From: Candidatus Pacebacteria bacterium CG2_30_36_39
Lineage (GTDB): Bacteria; Patescibacteriota; Microgenomatia; UBA1400; PJMF01
DNA: 64,000 nt
Direction of reading: 5' to 3'
Assembly: GCA_001873435.1 (NCBI GenBank)
Contig: MNZB01000003.1
Coordinates: 206,031-270,030 of the forward strand
Shown here: positions 55,314 through 64,000 of the stretch, piece after piece
How positions within the stretch are numbered: position 1 is the first letter of the stretch
How the letters are laid out: every line of letters begins with the position of its first letter
The notes under the pieces: model-generated
Databases searched by the model: none
Seen by the model: only the letters and a program-made list of their open reading frames with translations
What the model was told of the DNA's origin: nothing
Position numbers and translations under genes: made by a program

Positions 55314-57266
55314 TTAAACTTCAGGTTCTGTCTTTGGCAGTTCATCAGTTGAGTCTACAGTTGGAGCAGTTGGTGTTGCTACTTTGCCAATTTCAGCCAA
55401 GGTAGTATCAATGGCTTCCTGGGCATTAGTAGCAACCTCTACAACCTTTTCTGTTGGGTCGGTTGTCTCTACTGTAGGAACATTTTCTTGAGTTGCTGTT
55501 GGTTCGGCATTTTCAATGGGTGTAGTAGGAATTACTGGGGAGGGTGGAATGTTCATTGGAGGCTGACTATCAGCGACGAAAGGATTTGGGGCAACCATAG
55601 TTGGTGCAGTAGTCACTGCTGCTGCTCCCATGGAGAGAGGCTCATTAACTGTTTCTACTGGAGTAACTTGAGTTTCTGTTATTGCTACTGGAGTTGGAAT
55701 AGTTGGAGGTGTTGCTGCTGCTGGAGTTGGAACAACTGGAGGCATAGTAGGTTCTACCACTGGAGTAGGAGCAACTGGAGCTGCTACTTCTTGAGTTGCT
55801 ACCGCATCAGCAGGAGCAAATGGGTTTGGAGCTTGGGTAGCAACTGGTGTAGCTACTGTTTGTGTTGGTGCAGTGACATCAGTCACTGGATTTGTTGGTT
55901 GAGAATTCATATCTGAACTTTCTCCTTGATTATTTGTTACTTGGACAGGAGTTGGATTCGTGTTTATTTGGTCTTGGGCAATAGTTTGATTGATAACTTC
56001 ACCTTCAATATTTTGTTGTTCAATTGCAATATAAATATCGGCTAGACGGTTGTATTTTTCTACGGCTTCTCCACGATTTGTTGGTCCAAATTTTACAAAA
56101 TCTGCCCCAACACCAACAGCAAAATCAGCTAAAAAATTATCATTAGTTTCTCCACCCCTTTGTGAAACTACAATATTCCAACCAGCATTTTTAGCAGTTT
56201 TAACTGCTTGAATTGCCTCTGTGATAGTGCCGGTTTGACTAGGCTTAATAATAACTGTGTTAGCATATTTTTGATTAACAGCTTCTTGAATTTTTGCTTG
56301 GTCAGTAACAGTGAAAGCATCTGTGGCTATTCTAGTTGTGTTGCCAAGATCAGAAGTAAAGTTTTTCCATGTTTCAAGATCTTGAGTAGTAAAAGGATCT
56401 TCAAAATATGTAATGTTGTATTGTTCTTTGAGATTTTTGTAATAATCTAGAATGTCTTTACTACTATAAACAGCTGTCTTATCTCGAAGGATATATTTTC
56501 CTCTATCGACTAAATTTTCTGCACCAGAATCAAGGCCAAAGAAAAAATCTCTCGATAAAATGTATTCAGTCTTATGTGCTGCTTCAATAATAAAATCAAA
56601 AACATCAGTATTTTTTTGTAAAGCAGGAGTAAATCCTCCTAAAATTCCAGTTGAATAACCAGCTTTTCTTCCTTTTAAAATATTTAGCAAACTTTCTCTA
56701 ATAGCACTCTCAATCTCCAGTGCCACCCTATAATCAACATGGCTAGCGGGTAGAATTAAAAATTCCTGTAAATCTAAATTTCCAGACCCATATTTACCAC
56801 CATTTACTAAGCCAAAAATACAATTTGGTATTTCTAGTTCATTGGTTAAATGGTATTGCTCAAACAAATATTGATAAACAGCTGTGCCATTAATAGCAGC
56901 ACCAGCCTTGCAAATAGCTTGAGAAATTACAGCTAATGAATTTGCTCCGAATTGTTTTTTTTGTTCTAAAGGATTTTGTCCTAAAAGAATTTTATCTAAA
57001 GCTTCTTGTTGGGTAGGATCTTGTCCAATTAGTAGTGGAGCTAAATTTTTATTTATTAAAGAAATAGCTTTTTGAACTCCCCTACCACTACGATGATCCG
57101 GATCATTGTCAACTAAAACTGGAGCCTCATTGGCTAGATGCTGAGAGCTATTGGGAATGCTGCTTTCAACATAGAAACCATCGTCAGTCCACAAAGAAAC
57201 CTGTATGGTTGGAATACCTTGGGAATCTAATATTTCTTTAGCAACAATGGCACGAATGGCAGACAT
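55314..57266 (-). CDS. Enolase homologue with degenerate active site and ~230-aa low-complexity C-terminal tail
   Basis: EILDSQGIPT, GANS, NGG, QEF, FEDP and IIKPSQ give the enolase fold; several catalytic motifs are altered; the tail is P/T/A/V-rich. Confidence 0.85.
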   Translation of the reverse strand: MSAIRAIVAKEILDSQGIPTIQVSLWTDDGFYVESSIPNSSQHLANEAPVLVDNDPDHRSGRGVQKAISLINKNLAPLLIGQDPTQQEALDKILLGQNPLEQKKQFGANSLAVISQAICKAGAAINGTAVYQYLFEQYHLTNELEIPNCIFGLVNGGKYGSGNLDLQEFLILPASHVDYRVALEIESAIRESLLNILKGRKAGYSTGILGGFTPALQKNTDVFDFIIEAAHKTEYILSRDFFFGLDSGAENLVDRGKYILRDKTAVYSSKDILDYYKNLKEQYNITYFEDPFTTQDLETWKNFTSDLGNTTRIATDAFTVTDQAKIQEAVNQKYANTVIIKPSQTGTITEAIQAVKTAKNAGWNIVVSQRGGETNDNFLADFAVGVGADFVKFGPTNRGEAVEKYNRLADIYIAIEQQNIEGEVINQTIAQDQINTNPTPVQVTNNQGESSDMNSQPTNPVTDVTAPTQTVATPVATQAPNPFAPADAVATQEVAAPVAPTPVVEPTMPPVVPTPAAATPPTIPTPVAITETQVTPVETVNEPLSMGAAAVTTAPTMVAPNPFVADSQPPMNIPPSPVIPTTPIENAEPTATQENVPTVETTDPTEKVVEVATNAQEAIDTTLAEIGKVATPTAPTVDSTDELPKTEPEV

Positions 57267-57312
57267 AATTCCACTATACCGAATTTTACTAGACTAGACC
57301 AGCAGCTATTCT

Positions 57313-58398
57313 TTATTTTTTGAGTTCTTCTTTGAACATATCAACATAAGGAATGGGACTTGGGTCTATTCCTTCTAAAATACTGAGATAGAAACCAGAG
57401 TAACTCATTAGGGTAATTAGTTCAAAAACTTGAGTTAGTTTTGTTTCAGCAGTCAAATGAATTGCCATGCTTTCAATTTCATTATGCTCAACAATGGTTT
57501 GGGTGATTTTCATTCTCTTCTGATTTCTTTCATCATATAGATTAGAGTTGAAGAATAAAAAGAAATGATTTAAAGCATTGCTTTTTGGAAACTTCAGACC
57601 TTCAAGTAAATGATGATTCATCTCTGGTATTGCCTTGAAATCAGCAAAAATCTTGGCATTTTCATTCCACTGATTGGCAGCAACATGAGCAGCTCCTTTT
57701 AAGAATTGGCTAGCTACAAACACAGGTCTTCGTTCAACACTAGAAAATGCTAAAAGCTTGGCTTGATTTTCTTCTTGTGGTACTTCTACTCTAAGTTTTT
57801 CAGAAGTACTAATAATAGTTGTAATTACCTCATCGATTTCTTCTTGAAGAATATTTGTTACTCCAGCGGCATTCATTAGGCCAAATAGACCAACTAAAGC
57901 ATAACCCAAAGCCATTCTCGGTTGGTTGGAAGGATTGTGAACGGGATTGATTACATAGGCTGGATAATTTTCTTTTTTAGCTAGCTCAACCAAATCTCCT
58001 CCAGCTGCAATTATTGCTACCTGAGTTTTTCTTTCTTTAACTTGTTCAATACAGTTAAGTACTTCTTCAGTTGTTCCAGAATAGCTAGATAGGATGACTA
58101 AAGTTTTTTCATTAACATAGGCTGGTAAAAAATAGTCGTTATAGATCTCAAAAGGAACCATTAACTGATCGGCAAAAAGATGTTTAAAAACATCTGCTCC
58201 TAATCCTGAGCCACCCATACCAACGACCACTACTTGCTCAATTTTTTCTTTTTTAGCAAATATAATTTTTTGAGTATCATCCCAAGCATGTTTGACTTGG
58301 TCGGCCAAAGCATCAATAGAACCCATCATGTTTGAGAGGTCTAATTTGGCAATTGAATCTCTAGAATTTAAAATAGCTGTTGAATTATTATTTGTCAT
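57313..58398 (-). CDS. Bifunctional phosphoglucose/phosphomannose isomerase (SIS)
   Basis: GMGGSG, SSYSGTTEE, QPR, NENAK, PEMNHH. Confidence 0.92.
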   Translation of the reverse strand: MTNNNSTAILNSRDSIAKLDLSNMMGSIDALADQVKHAWDDTQKIIFAKKEKIEQVVVVGMGGSGLGADVFKHLFADQLMVPFEIYNDYFLPAYVNEKTLVILSSYSGTTEEVLNCIEQVKERKTQVAIIAAGGDLVELAKKENYPAYVINPVHNPSNQPRMALGYALVGLFGLMNAAGVTNILQEEIDEVITTIISTSEKLRVEVPQEENQAKLLAFSSVERRPVFVASQFLKGAAHVAANQWNENAKIFADFKAIPEMNHHLLEGLKFPKSNALNHFFLFFNSNLYDERNQKRMKITQTIVEHNEIESMAIHLTAETKLTQVFELITLMSYSGFYLSILEGIDPSPIPYVDMFKEELKK

Positions 58399-58416
58399 AA
58401 CTTTTTAAGATCTTTC

Positions 58417-58941
58417 TTAGTCTTTTAAATATTTTTTTACTTTTTCAATAATTATTTCTACATTACGAAATGCTAATTTTTGAGGAATTTCTTTTAATGA
58501 GAACCATTGCAAATCTGCTACATCATCTTGAGCAATTGGTTTTTGTTCAGGATCTTTTGCCTCAACTAAATACAAAAAAGGAATAGAAGGTCGTTCATTA
58601 TAGATATCCCAGACAGAACCTAAAAATTCTTTAATCTCAACATCTAAACCAGTTTCCTCTTTCATTTCTCTAATTACCGCTTCCTCGCAAGACTCCCCTG
58701 CTTCAATAAAACCACCAAGAATATCCCATTCTCCGAATTTTGGTTCAATTCCTCTTTTTGCTAACAATATCTTTCCATCTTTAATTAAAGCAATAGAAGT
58801 AGAGGCAGCTGGATTGTCATACCAGGAATTACCACATTTATTGCACTGCACACTATTTTTATCAATATCACCATGTTCCAATTCATTGCCACATTGAGGA
58901 CAGAATTGGTAGAGCTGATGAAATTTAGTGTGCAGTGACAT
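58417..58941 (-). CDS. Zn-ribbon NUDIX hydrolase
   Basis: FCPQCG...CNKCG, GGFIEAGESCEEAVIREMKEETG. Confidence 0.9.
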   Translation of the reverse strand: MSLHTKFHQLYQFCPQCGNELEHGDIDKNSVQCNKCGNSWYDNPAASTSIALIKDGKILLAKRGIEPKFGEWDILGGFIEAGESCEEAVIREMKEETGLDVEIKEFLGSVWDIYNERPSIPFLYLVEAKDPEQKPIAQDDVADLQWFSLKEIPQKLAFRNVEIIIEKVKKYLKD

Positions 58942-58951
58942 ATCTTTCTTA

Positions 58952-60373
58952 TTAATCTAAAGCGTGAGTATTGACGCCTGATTTCCAATCGATTTCTGGA
59001 TATTTTTTAAGTACTTCTCTTAGAGTTTTTTTCATAGCATCATAGTCTGCTTGAGTTTTACCTTCGAATTTAACAGTAATATATGGACCATTTTGTGAAG
59101 CTCTGACGATAGCCATTTCTTTGTCGGTGTCCATACGAATACCATCAATATCAATATAATCAGCTTTTGGCCATAAAGATTTGAATTCTTGACGAATTTT
59201 AGTGTCAATAAATTGGAATTTAATCTCGTCTGCTAGGCCAAACTTAATTTCTGGACTACTAACATAAATAGTTAATTCTCCGACTGCTTCACTAAGCTTC
59301 ATGTTTTTTCTCTCCAAATATTGAAGTAGACGCAAACTGGCATAAGCACCATCATCGTGACCATAGAAATTATCCATGAAGAAGATGTGGCCAGATAATT
59401 CACCCCCAAATGGAGAGCGAGCTTCTTTAACCTTAGCTTTAATAAATGAGTGACCGGTCATCCACATTACTGGTTTGCCACCAGCCGCCTCAATGGCTTC
59501 AGTTACTTGTCTAGAACAAAGAGTGTTATAGACAATTGGAGCACCGGGAATGAAGTCTAAAACATCTTTAGCAAATAAAGCGACAATAGTGTCCATCCAA
59601 AGCACTTTGCCATTTTCATCTACCACTGCCATACGATCACCATCTGTATCGTAGGCAAAGCCGATATCTGCTCCAGCTTTTTTAACGCCAGCAGAAAGTC
59701 TTTCTAGCACTTCTACTTCAGTGGGATCTGGAACGCCTAATGGGAAGTTGCCATCTAACTCGCAGTTTTGTTCAATAATTTCACAACCTGCTTGACGAAG
59801 AAGCTCTGGATAAAATTTGCCAGAACCAGTGTTGCAACCCTCAACTACAACCTTCCACTTTTTTTGGAGGTTAAAGTATTTGTTGATTTCATCGCGATAA
59901 ATTGGAAACAAATCAAATTCTCTATTTTTACCTTTGCCTTCAGAGTATTTGCCTTTTTCAACCAATTCTTTCATGTACAGAATTTCTTCTGCAATCATAG
60001 TGTCTGAATAGCCCACTCCCAATTTTAAGCCATTAAAGTCTTTGGGGTTGTGAGAGGCAGTAATCATGGCGCCACCCTTAGTTTTAAATTCATAACTAGA
60101 AAAATAGACTATTTGACTTAAGCTTAAGCCAATATAGATAGTGTCTATTCCTCCATCGTTAAGGCCTTGGATGAAAGCTTTACTAAACTCCACACTGGTT
60201 AAACGGTTATCATGTCCAACAGCAGATTCTTTAATTCTGCGTTCGGCTAAAAAAGTGGCATAAGCACGACCCATGGTGTAGTAGACATCGGCATTAAGTT
60301 GTTTACCAACTACGCCGCGAATGTCGTAGCCACGAAAAATGGTGGGATCGATTTTTTTCACTATTGAATACAT
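58952..60373 (-). CDS. Phosphomannomutase/phosphoglucomutase
   Basis: FRGYDIRG, TASHNP, DTDGDR, GELSGH, RASQ. Confidence 0.95.
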   Translation of the reverse strand: MYSIVKKIDPTIFRGYDIRGVVGKQLNADVYYTMGRAYATFLAERRIKESAVGHDNRLTSVEFSKAFIQGLNDGGIDTIYIGLSLSQIVYFSSYEFKTKGGAMITASHNPKDFNGLKLGVGYSDTMIAEEILYMKELVEKGKYSEGKGKNREFDLFPIYRDEINKYFNLQKKWKVVVEGCNTGSGKFYPELLRQAGCEIIEQNCELDGNFPLGVPDPTEVEVLERLSAGVKKAGADIGFAYDTDGDRMAVVDENGKVLWMDTIVALFAKDVLDFIPGAPIVYNTLCSRQVTEAIEAAGGKPVMWMTGHSFIKAKVKEARSPFGGELSGHIFFMDNFYGHDDGAYASLRLLQYLERKNMKLSEAVGELTIYVSSPEIKFGLADEIKFQFIDTKIRQEFKSLWPKADYIDIDGIRMDTDKEMAIVRASQNGPYITVKFEGKTQADYDAMKKTLREVLKKYPEIDWKSGVNTHALD

Positions 60374-60385
60374 AAATTCCTTTCT

Positions 60386-61084
60386 CTATTGATGTTTATC
60401 ACTGTATAAATTTACTACTAAGAGATCAAGTCTCTGTTGCAATGAAGAAAAGCCTTTTGAAGACTTTAAATCCATGTCTATTTTGAATAAATCCTCATGG
60501 ATTTGTAATAGGGTTGGCAAAGAAAAATAGTTAGCTTGTTTTTTTATTTTCTGGATCATAAAGGGAGCTCCTGGGGGAATTATTCCTTCCTTAATTTGAA
60601 TTAATAAGCGAACTTGTCTCATGAGCATGACAAAGCACATGTGGTCAGTATTTGCCTCAATTGCTTTGTGGAGTGATTCTAGGTTTTTTTGAATTTGGGT
60701 TTCTGAATGAAATAGATCTAGCCAGCTAAATAAGGCGCTAGATAATTTAAACATTTCTATATTTGCATTGGGAAACTTTGCCAACATTGGTTTGGTTAAA
60801 TCTCTTTTTTCCCACAAAATCACATCTTTGTTGGCAGCAGCAACTAAGTTTATTAATTGGTCTTTTCTTTTTGATTTTAATAATGAGTGCAATTCCTCAA
60901 TTACTACTGTTTCTGTGGCACCAAATAAATCAGTTTGAATTAAGGCAGCTTCTAGTTCTGGAAGATTGAGTTTGTTTGCCTCCAAACGAACTATTTTTAT
61001 TCCTTTTGCTTGTAAGTCAGTTAGCAAAGAAACTAGTTTTTCTCGAGATTTGATAGTGTTTTCTCCATGGAGAATTTTTATCAT
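60386..61084 (-). CDS. holA: DNA polymerase III delta subunit (short form)
   Basis: ILHGEN start, DLFG, MLMRQVRLL, IDMDLKS. Confidence 0.7.
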   Translation of the reverse strand: MIKILHGENTIKSREKLVSLLTDLQAKGIKIVRLEANKLNLPELEAALIQTDLFGATETVVIEELHSLLKSKRKDQLINLVAAANKDVILWEKRDLTKPMLAKFPNANIEMFKLSSALFSWLDLFHSETQIQKNLESLHKAIEANTDHMCFVMLMRQVRLLIQIKEGIIPPGAPFMIQKIKKQANYFSLPTLLQIHEDLFKIDMDLKSSKGFSSLQQRLDLLVVNLYSDKHQ

Positions 61085-61135
61085 ACAAAGATCATATCAT
61101 TTCTATAGACGCTGTGAAGTACTTCATAATTTTTA

Positions 61136-61822
61136 TTATTCCAGTTGTCCACCTTGTCTTTTTAGCCAACCTCTATTAAGCCGATACTCTGGGTCATATT
61201 TTTCCACTAATTCCCAAAATTTATTGGAATGATTCATATGAGTAAGGTGAGCTAGCTCATGGATAATTACATAATCAATTATTTTTGGTTCAAAATGAAC
61301 TAGCCTCCAATTGAAGTTGAGGTTTTTTTGTGAGCTGCAACTTCCCCAGCGAGTTTTTTGGGCTCTGAAATGGATATCGTTGTATTTGGTATTCATAACT
61401 TTTGCCAATTCAGCTGTGCGTTTTAAAAGATAGTGTTGAGCAGTGTTTTTAAGGAATCTAACAAAAAAAGCCGGAGGGTCTATTGGGTTAAATATTGGGA
61501 TTTTGGCGTCGATATTATTCTGATGAAAGGCAATGATTAGTCTATCATTTTGTAAGTTTACTTGAGAGGCTTTTAATGTATTAATTTTATCCAAAAGATA
61601 TTTTTTACCAAAAAGGCTAATAGAGTTTTCTGCAAAAAATTGGTTTTGTTGTGATAATTTTTGTTGCCTAGCTTTATTTATCCAGGCCTGTTGTTGTTCA
61701 ACGAAGCGTTTAATAAAAAACTTTGGAACGAGTGGTGGCACTGTGACTAGTGGAATACCATCTTTGCCAATCCGCAGAGTAATGCGTCTCGACTTAGGAT
61801 TAACTTTAATCGTGTATTCCAT
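61136..61822 (-). CDS. YgjP/DUF45 zinc metallohydrolase
   Basis: KTRWGSCS, LNFNWRL, DYVIIHELAH...NHS..FW. Confidence 0.9.
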   Translation of the reverse strand: MEYTIKVNPKSRRITLRIGKDGIPLVTVPPLVPKFFIKRFVEQQQAWINKARQQKLSQQNQFFAENSISLFGKKYLLDKINTLKASQVNLQNDRLIIAFHQNNIDAKIPIFNPIDPPAFFVRFLKNTAQHYLLKRTAELAKVMNTKYNDIHFRAQKTRWGSCSSQKNLNFNWRLVHFEPKIIDYVIIHELAHLTHMNHSNKFWELVEKYDPEYRLNRGWLKRQGGQLE

Positions 61823-61854
61823 ATGTTTAAACTAATTAAATAGGACTTCTAGTA

Positions 61855-62418
61855 TTACTTGGGTTGGAGAAAACGCAAGAGTAAGTCACCGAGGATTTTG
61901 CTGGAGTTTTGGCTGTTTAAGAATTGGATTATTTCTGAGTTAGTAAAAAAGATGATCATACCAATAACTGTATTTAGTCTTTTAGCAAATTCTGATTTTA
62001 TACCAGAGAGTTTGACAGCAAAAACCATACTGATTAAGGCTGAGAACGCCATGATGATTATTCTACTAGTAAGGGCATTAACGTCTTCTTGACCAATTAA
62101 ACCGTTTTTGAGAGCTAGGCTCTGAGTAGGAATTTCCACCAAAACAAATACTCCTGATTTATAGATTGCTTGTAAGCCTTGAAAAGTTAATCCCCAAACT
62201 ACTAATTTATGTACCCAATGTCCATATTTGGTTATTAAGCGGTCGGCTAGTGGGGTTTCTAGCTTTTCTATAATATTTAGTTCTGGCGCTGGTTCTGGAG
62301 AAGTAGGGATTGTGTTTGTTGTCTGAATTTGGTTTCCCTGCAAAGGAAGATTATTAGTTTGAATGGTTTGTAATGGAGTTTCTTGAGGGTTTTTATTGAT
62401 GGTAGGCACCGAATTCAT
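61855..62418 (-). CDS. Hypothetical membrane protein
   Basis: P/T/Q-rich N-terminus and three hydrophobic segments. Confidence 0.7.
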   Translation of the reverse strand: MNSVPTINKNPQETPLQTIQTNNLPLQGNQIQTTNTIPTSPEPAPELNIIEKLETPLADRLITKYGHWVHKLVVWGLTFQGLQAIYKSGVFVLVEIPTQSLALKNGLIGQEDVNALTSRIIIMAFSALISMVFAVKLSGIKSEFAKRLNTVIGMIIFFTNSEIIQFLNSQNSSKILGDLLLRFLQPK

Positions 62419-62492
62419 ATTTTTAATATTACTCTACTCTCGTCTTGAAAAGCAACCCAATTTTAGCAAAAAAAGGTATAATGTGACCTTAT

Positions 62493-62574
62493 GCCCAGGT
62501 GGCGGAATTGGTATACGCGTACGGCTTAGAACCGTATGGAGCAATCCTTGGAGGTTCAAGTCCTCTCCTGGGCA
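62493..62574 (+). tRNA. tRNA-Leu(TAG)
   Basis: GCCCAGG/CCTGGGC stem; TACGG-CT-TAG-AA-CCGTA anticodon arm; variable arm. Confidence 0.95.
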
Positions 62575-62589
62575 CACTTAAATTGAATC

Positions 62590-62838
62590 TTATAAACGAT
62601 TACTAACTGAATTCACAAGCTCAATAAGTTCTTTATCTCTGCCAGAGTGACTTTTGGTATAGGACACATATTGGTCCCAAACAGCTGAGTGTTTACGTGC
62701 TTCAATAACAATTTCATTAAACAATTGAGGTAGATTTCTAGAAGAAAGAAATTTTGCTCTGCGATAGTGTCCGATTTTGGCATTTACCAAGTTAATGCAG
62801 AGTTCTAAAGGTGACAATGGTGATAATTCTTCTTGCAT
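62590..62838 (-). CDS. Hypothetical protein
   Basis: 82-aa ORF with TATAAC about 10 nt upstream. Confidence 0.5.
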   Translation of the reverse strand: MQEELSPLSPLELCINLVNAKIGHYRRAKFLSSRNLPQLFNEIVIEARKHSAVWDQYVSYTKSHSGRDKELIELVNSVSNRL

Positions 62839-62945
62839 AATATGTAGTTATAATCAATAATTATGGGATAATTATACTACATGAACCAAAAATGGTTCTT
62901 CGCACATAACTTGAATTTTTTTCTTTTGGCAATATACTACTTGGC

Positions 62946-64000
62946 GTGCACGAAAGATTTTCTACTTTTGAACTAACTCCTGGAAGAATTAGTATTCCAG
63001 TTTCTTCACATGGAATTAATACTCATTCTGAATTAAAAGATGTTGTGGAACGTACTAGGTTGATTAATTCTGAGGAGTGGTTGGAGAATATTTATGAAAA
63101 TGAAGCCTGTGGTTCTTATATTTCTCCAACCGGCACACGCTTTGGTTTTATTAGGCCAGTGGCACCCTATGCTGATTGGGATTTAATGCCAATGGTTTTT
63201 CCAAAAAAGGTTGAAAGCACTTTAAAGACAGAAGAAATTTATGATTATTCAGCAGTTGACCAGCTGATTTATTGGCAGATTTTAACAACTGGTCTTAGTG
63301 AAGCAACTAAAGTAATGGCTCAACAAGAGCCACAGCGTCCTCATCGTGTTTTTGCCACCCAGAACTCTAATCATTTTTTAAGTAATGAAAATCATCGTGG
63401 AGCAAGGTCAATTCATTTGATTCACGCTCGAATTTTAGGTTTTTATTTAGACAATATTGTTGCTGCTGGTGAAACAAATGCCAATGGCCAACCATTGCCT
63501 TTTGGAATACCAGAGCATTTATGGCAGGAATGGGGCTTATTGCGTGGAGCAGAAACTAGAATTGTTGAAGGTATTAAAAAAAGAATGAATCCAGATTTTT
63601 TACGTCACTGTTCTTTTGCAGTGCGAGAAGCTCCCCCATTTGGTCACAGCCTAATTATCGCTGGACCAAAAAATGGAGATTATAGTCAGTTTGATTGGTT
63701 GCAAAGAGTACAGTTGATTGCAGCTGATCATTATCAGGCTTATACAAAGTTTTGTGAGAGTGGTGATTTGGCAAAGACTTTAGGTGCAGATAATATTAAG
63801 TTTCCCCAACCATCTTTTCGTCTTTATGTTTCATTGCAAAACAATACATTAGAGTTAATTCATTCGCCTATTGTTTTGTCTCATGCTGGTCCAATTGAAG
63901 CTGCTGGTATTATTTTGCATCGTAATGAAGAAGTTCTTGAACCAGAGAGATTGGCAGAGAAAACTGCTCATGAAAATTTACTTTATGAAGCAATTATGGC
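62946..64000 (+). CDS. Hypothetical protein, partial (runs off the right edge); possible HIT-like fold
   Basis: Not in the track. GTG start reads (M)HERFSTFELTPG...PVAPY...RSIHLIHARI; the same frame is open at the window end. Confidence 0.65.
   Translation, partial: MHERFSTFELTPGRISIPVSSHGINTHSELKDVVERTRLINSEEWLENIYENEACGSYISPTGTRFGFIRPVAPYADWDLMPMVFPKKVESTLKTEEIYDYSAVDQLIYWQILTTGLSEATKVMAQQEPQRPHRVFATQNSNHFLSNENHRGARSIHLIHARILGFYLDNIVAAGETNANGQPLPFGIPEHLWQEWGLLRGAETRIVEGIKKRMNPDFLRHCSFAVREAPPFGHSLIIAGPKNGDYSQFDWLQRVQLIAADHYQAYTKFCESGDLAKTLGADNIKFPQPSFRLYVSLQNNTLELIHSPIVLSHAGPIEAAGIILHRNEEVLEPERLAEKTAHENLLYEAIM

Overview
AT-rich bacterial chromosome segment (standard code) whose gene content and short or leaderless transcripts suggest a Patescibacteria (CPR, probably Microgenomates) genome; this is an inference. 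The backbone carries murF/murC/murE/uppP, pyk, a flavodoxin beside a 2-oxoacid:ferredoxin oxidoreductase, a DEAD-box helicase, elp3, recQ, miaA/miaB, rplS, pyrG, lexA, pgi/pmi, pgm, holA, RNase P RNA and six tRNAs. Four things stand out. (1) A ~12.1 kb capsid-less integrative element (38162-50245) sits at the 3' end of tRNA-Glu. Its crossover (shared GTGA) lies inside the last codons of its own large serine recombinase. Excision would restore an encoded tRNA CCA and fuse an in-frame 39-aa tail, now stranded at the left end, onto the recombinase. Cargo includes an OLD-type nuclease and a hydrolase-nucleotidyltransferase fusion. (2) Two tandem GC-rich single-gene cassettes (1837-3578) encode highly diverged paralogous coiled-coil proteins but share an identical 41-bp terminator and a near-identical promoter. 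(3) An enolase homologue lacks several catalytic residues and carries a ~230-aa P/T/A/V-rich tail. (4) A CDGSH Fe-S domain is fused to a 27-Cys metallothionein-like tail between miaA and miaB. All calls come from reading motifs by eye; no database searches were run.
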